DNA of 63,106 nucleotides, counting the filler, from Phoronis australis (Eukaryota > Animalia > Phoronida), in assembly GCA_002633005.1 (NCBI GenBank). It is 5 parts of 5 records of this genome, joined end to end, with 100 filler letters (N's around TTAATTAATTAA, not from the genome) between each part and the next. Parts side by side here need not be neighbours in the genome. Positions count along the whole stretch, not along the records: positions 34,669 to 63,106 come from NMRA01000010.1; 4 more parts are not named here. The stretch is one strand, 5' to 3'. Of this stretch, positions 62,051 through 63,106 are shown one piece after another. The stretch's first letter is position 1. Each line of letters opens with the position of its first letter. The position numbers were made by a program, and so were the translations under genes. A model generated the notes under the pieces. It did not search any database, had not been told where the DNA came from, and was given only the letters and a program-made list of their open reading frames with translations.

Positions 62051-63106
62051 TATTTCAAAGGTTTTTTAGTTGAAACACTTGAACATAGATACCAAACTAT
62101 ATAGCATACTATAATGTTTACCTGTATGTTTTTGTATGTCAAGCTAAAAGCCTTTTTGAGAGAAATAATACATTCCACAGTTATCTGTCATGAAAAATAC
62201 GACATAAACTATTCTAATGGATACAAACTATGAAGGAAAGTAAACGTACTGGATGATATTACTCATTTGAAACGAAATGATTAATTTTCAAATACCCTAA
62301 GGATACTAAACGATTGTAATACAGATATTGCTAGTTGTACAGGACTTGAGGAACAGTGACAGGTGGCTCATTCAGAAGATATCCAGTCGTGACGGTACAC
62401 GGAGTACTAGGTGACCTGCACTGACAAAACGGTGGACTTAGGTTTAATCAAAATTCATACAGCGACAAGAGAAACTTCCTTCAGTGCACAACATGCTGGA
62501 TCTCACTGCCTTTACACGAGTGATCGTGTAACTCAGTCTGGAGTTTCAAGCATTTTCTTCTTTTCGGAGAACAAGAGGCACCGATCCCTTTACAACGCAA
62601 ACAGGATATAGGACAGTAAGAACAGCATTTGGATTTTTATCTTCAAACCTGTTATTATTTACCAGTTTCCTCTTCGTATACGTTTTCATTCAGCACAACT
62701 GAGTATATGTATTGTTTAAATCGAATTAAACCTAAAGAAGTTATTCTATATCTGTTCTGTTTCTTGTCAGAATCGTTTGTCTTATTTGGTTAACCACATT
62801 CTATAACTAACTCTCAAGACTCAAACCACCACTTTTTTATAACTGGAAGGACCCTAGACACACTGACTAAGAACTATTTCGAAGAATTTTTCCACCTTAA
62901 AAGCCCCCTTTGTATAAATGCTCCTTTGTTATTGCGCATTGTCGTCGCTTATAAACCGTTATAGCACAGTACATTGAAACGGATTACGCTTGTTTTTTAG
63001 GTCATATTCTGGTTTGTATTGGTTACTCGTTGTATTTAAGTCGCATGCCCTGAATATGCAAGAATCTACTTTGAAAATTTTTGTAATAAATCTGTGTCTT
63101 CTATCA

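Overview
AT-rich animal (probably marine invertebrate) scaffold with spliceosomal introns, five assembly gaps and many small transposon relics. It contains: (1) a + strand sacsin-like gene with five identifiable coding exons (35117-52296, 3199 aa visible, N-terminus not found), encoding two HSP90-like SRR modules, a J-domain with HPD and a C-terminal HEPN domain, with a 7.5-kb giant exon; (2) a divergently oriented PARP14/PARP10-type RRM exon (29899-30106, -), with IRF/ISRE-, kB- and CRE-like motifs around it and between it and the sacsin gene; (3) the last three exons of a peripherin-2/ROM1-like tetraspanin (-) with a very long charged tail, followed on the same strand by the last two exons of an NRF-6/OACYL-like acyltransferase; (4) an internally deleted Kolobok-type transposon (TTAA TSD) with THAP-transposase and P2X7-ballast-like remnants; (5) MITEs (Harbinger-, mariner-, Transib-like), tRNA-derived SINE heads and tandem repeats. 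All family assignments come from motif recognition by eye; no searches were run.
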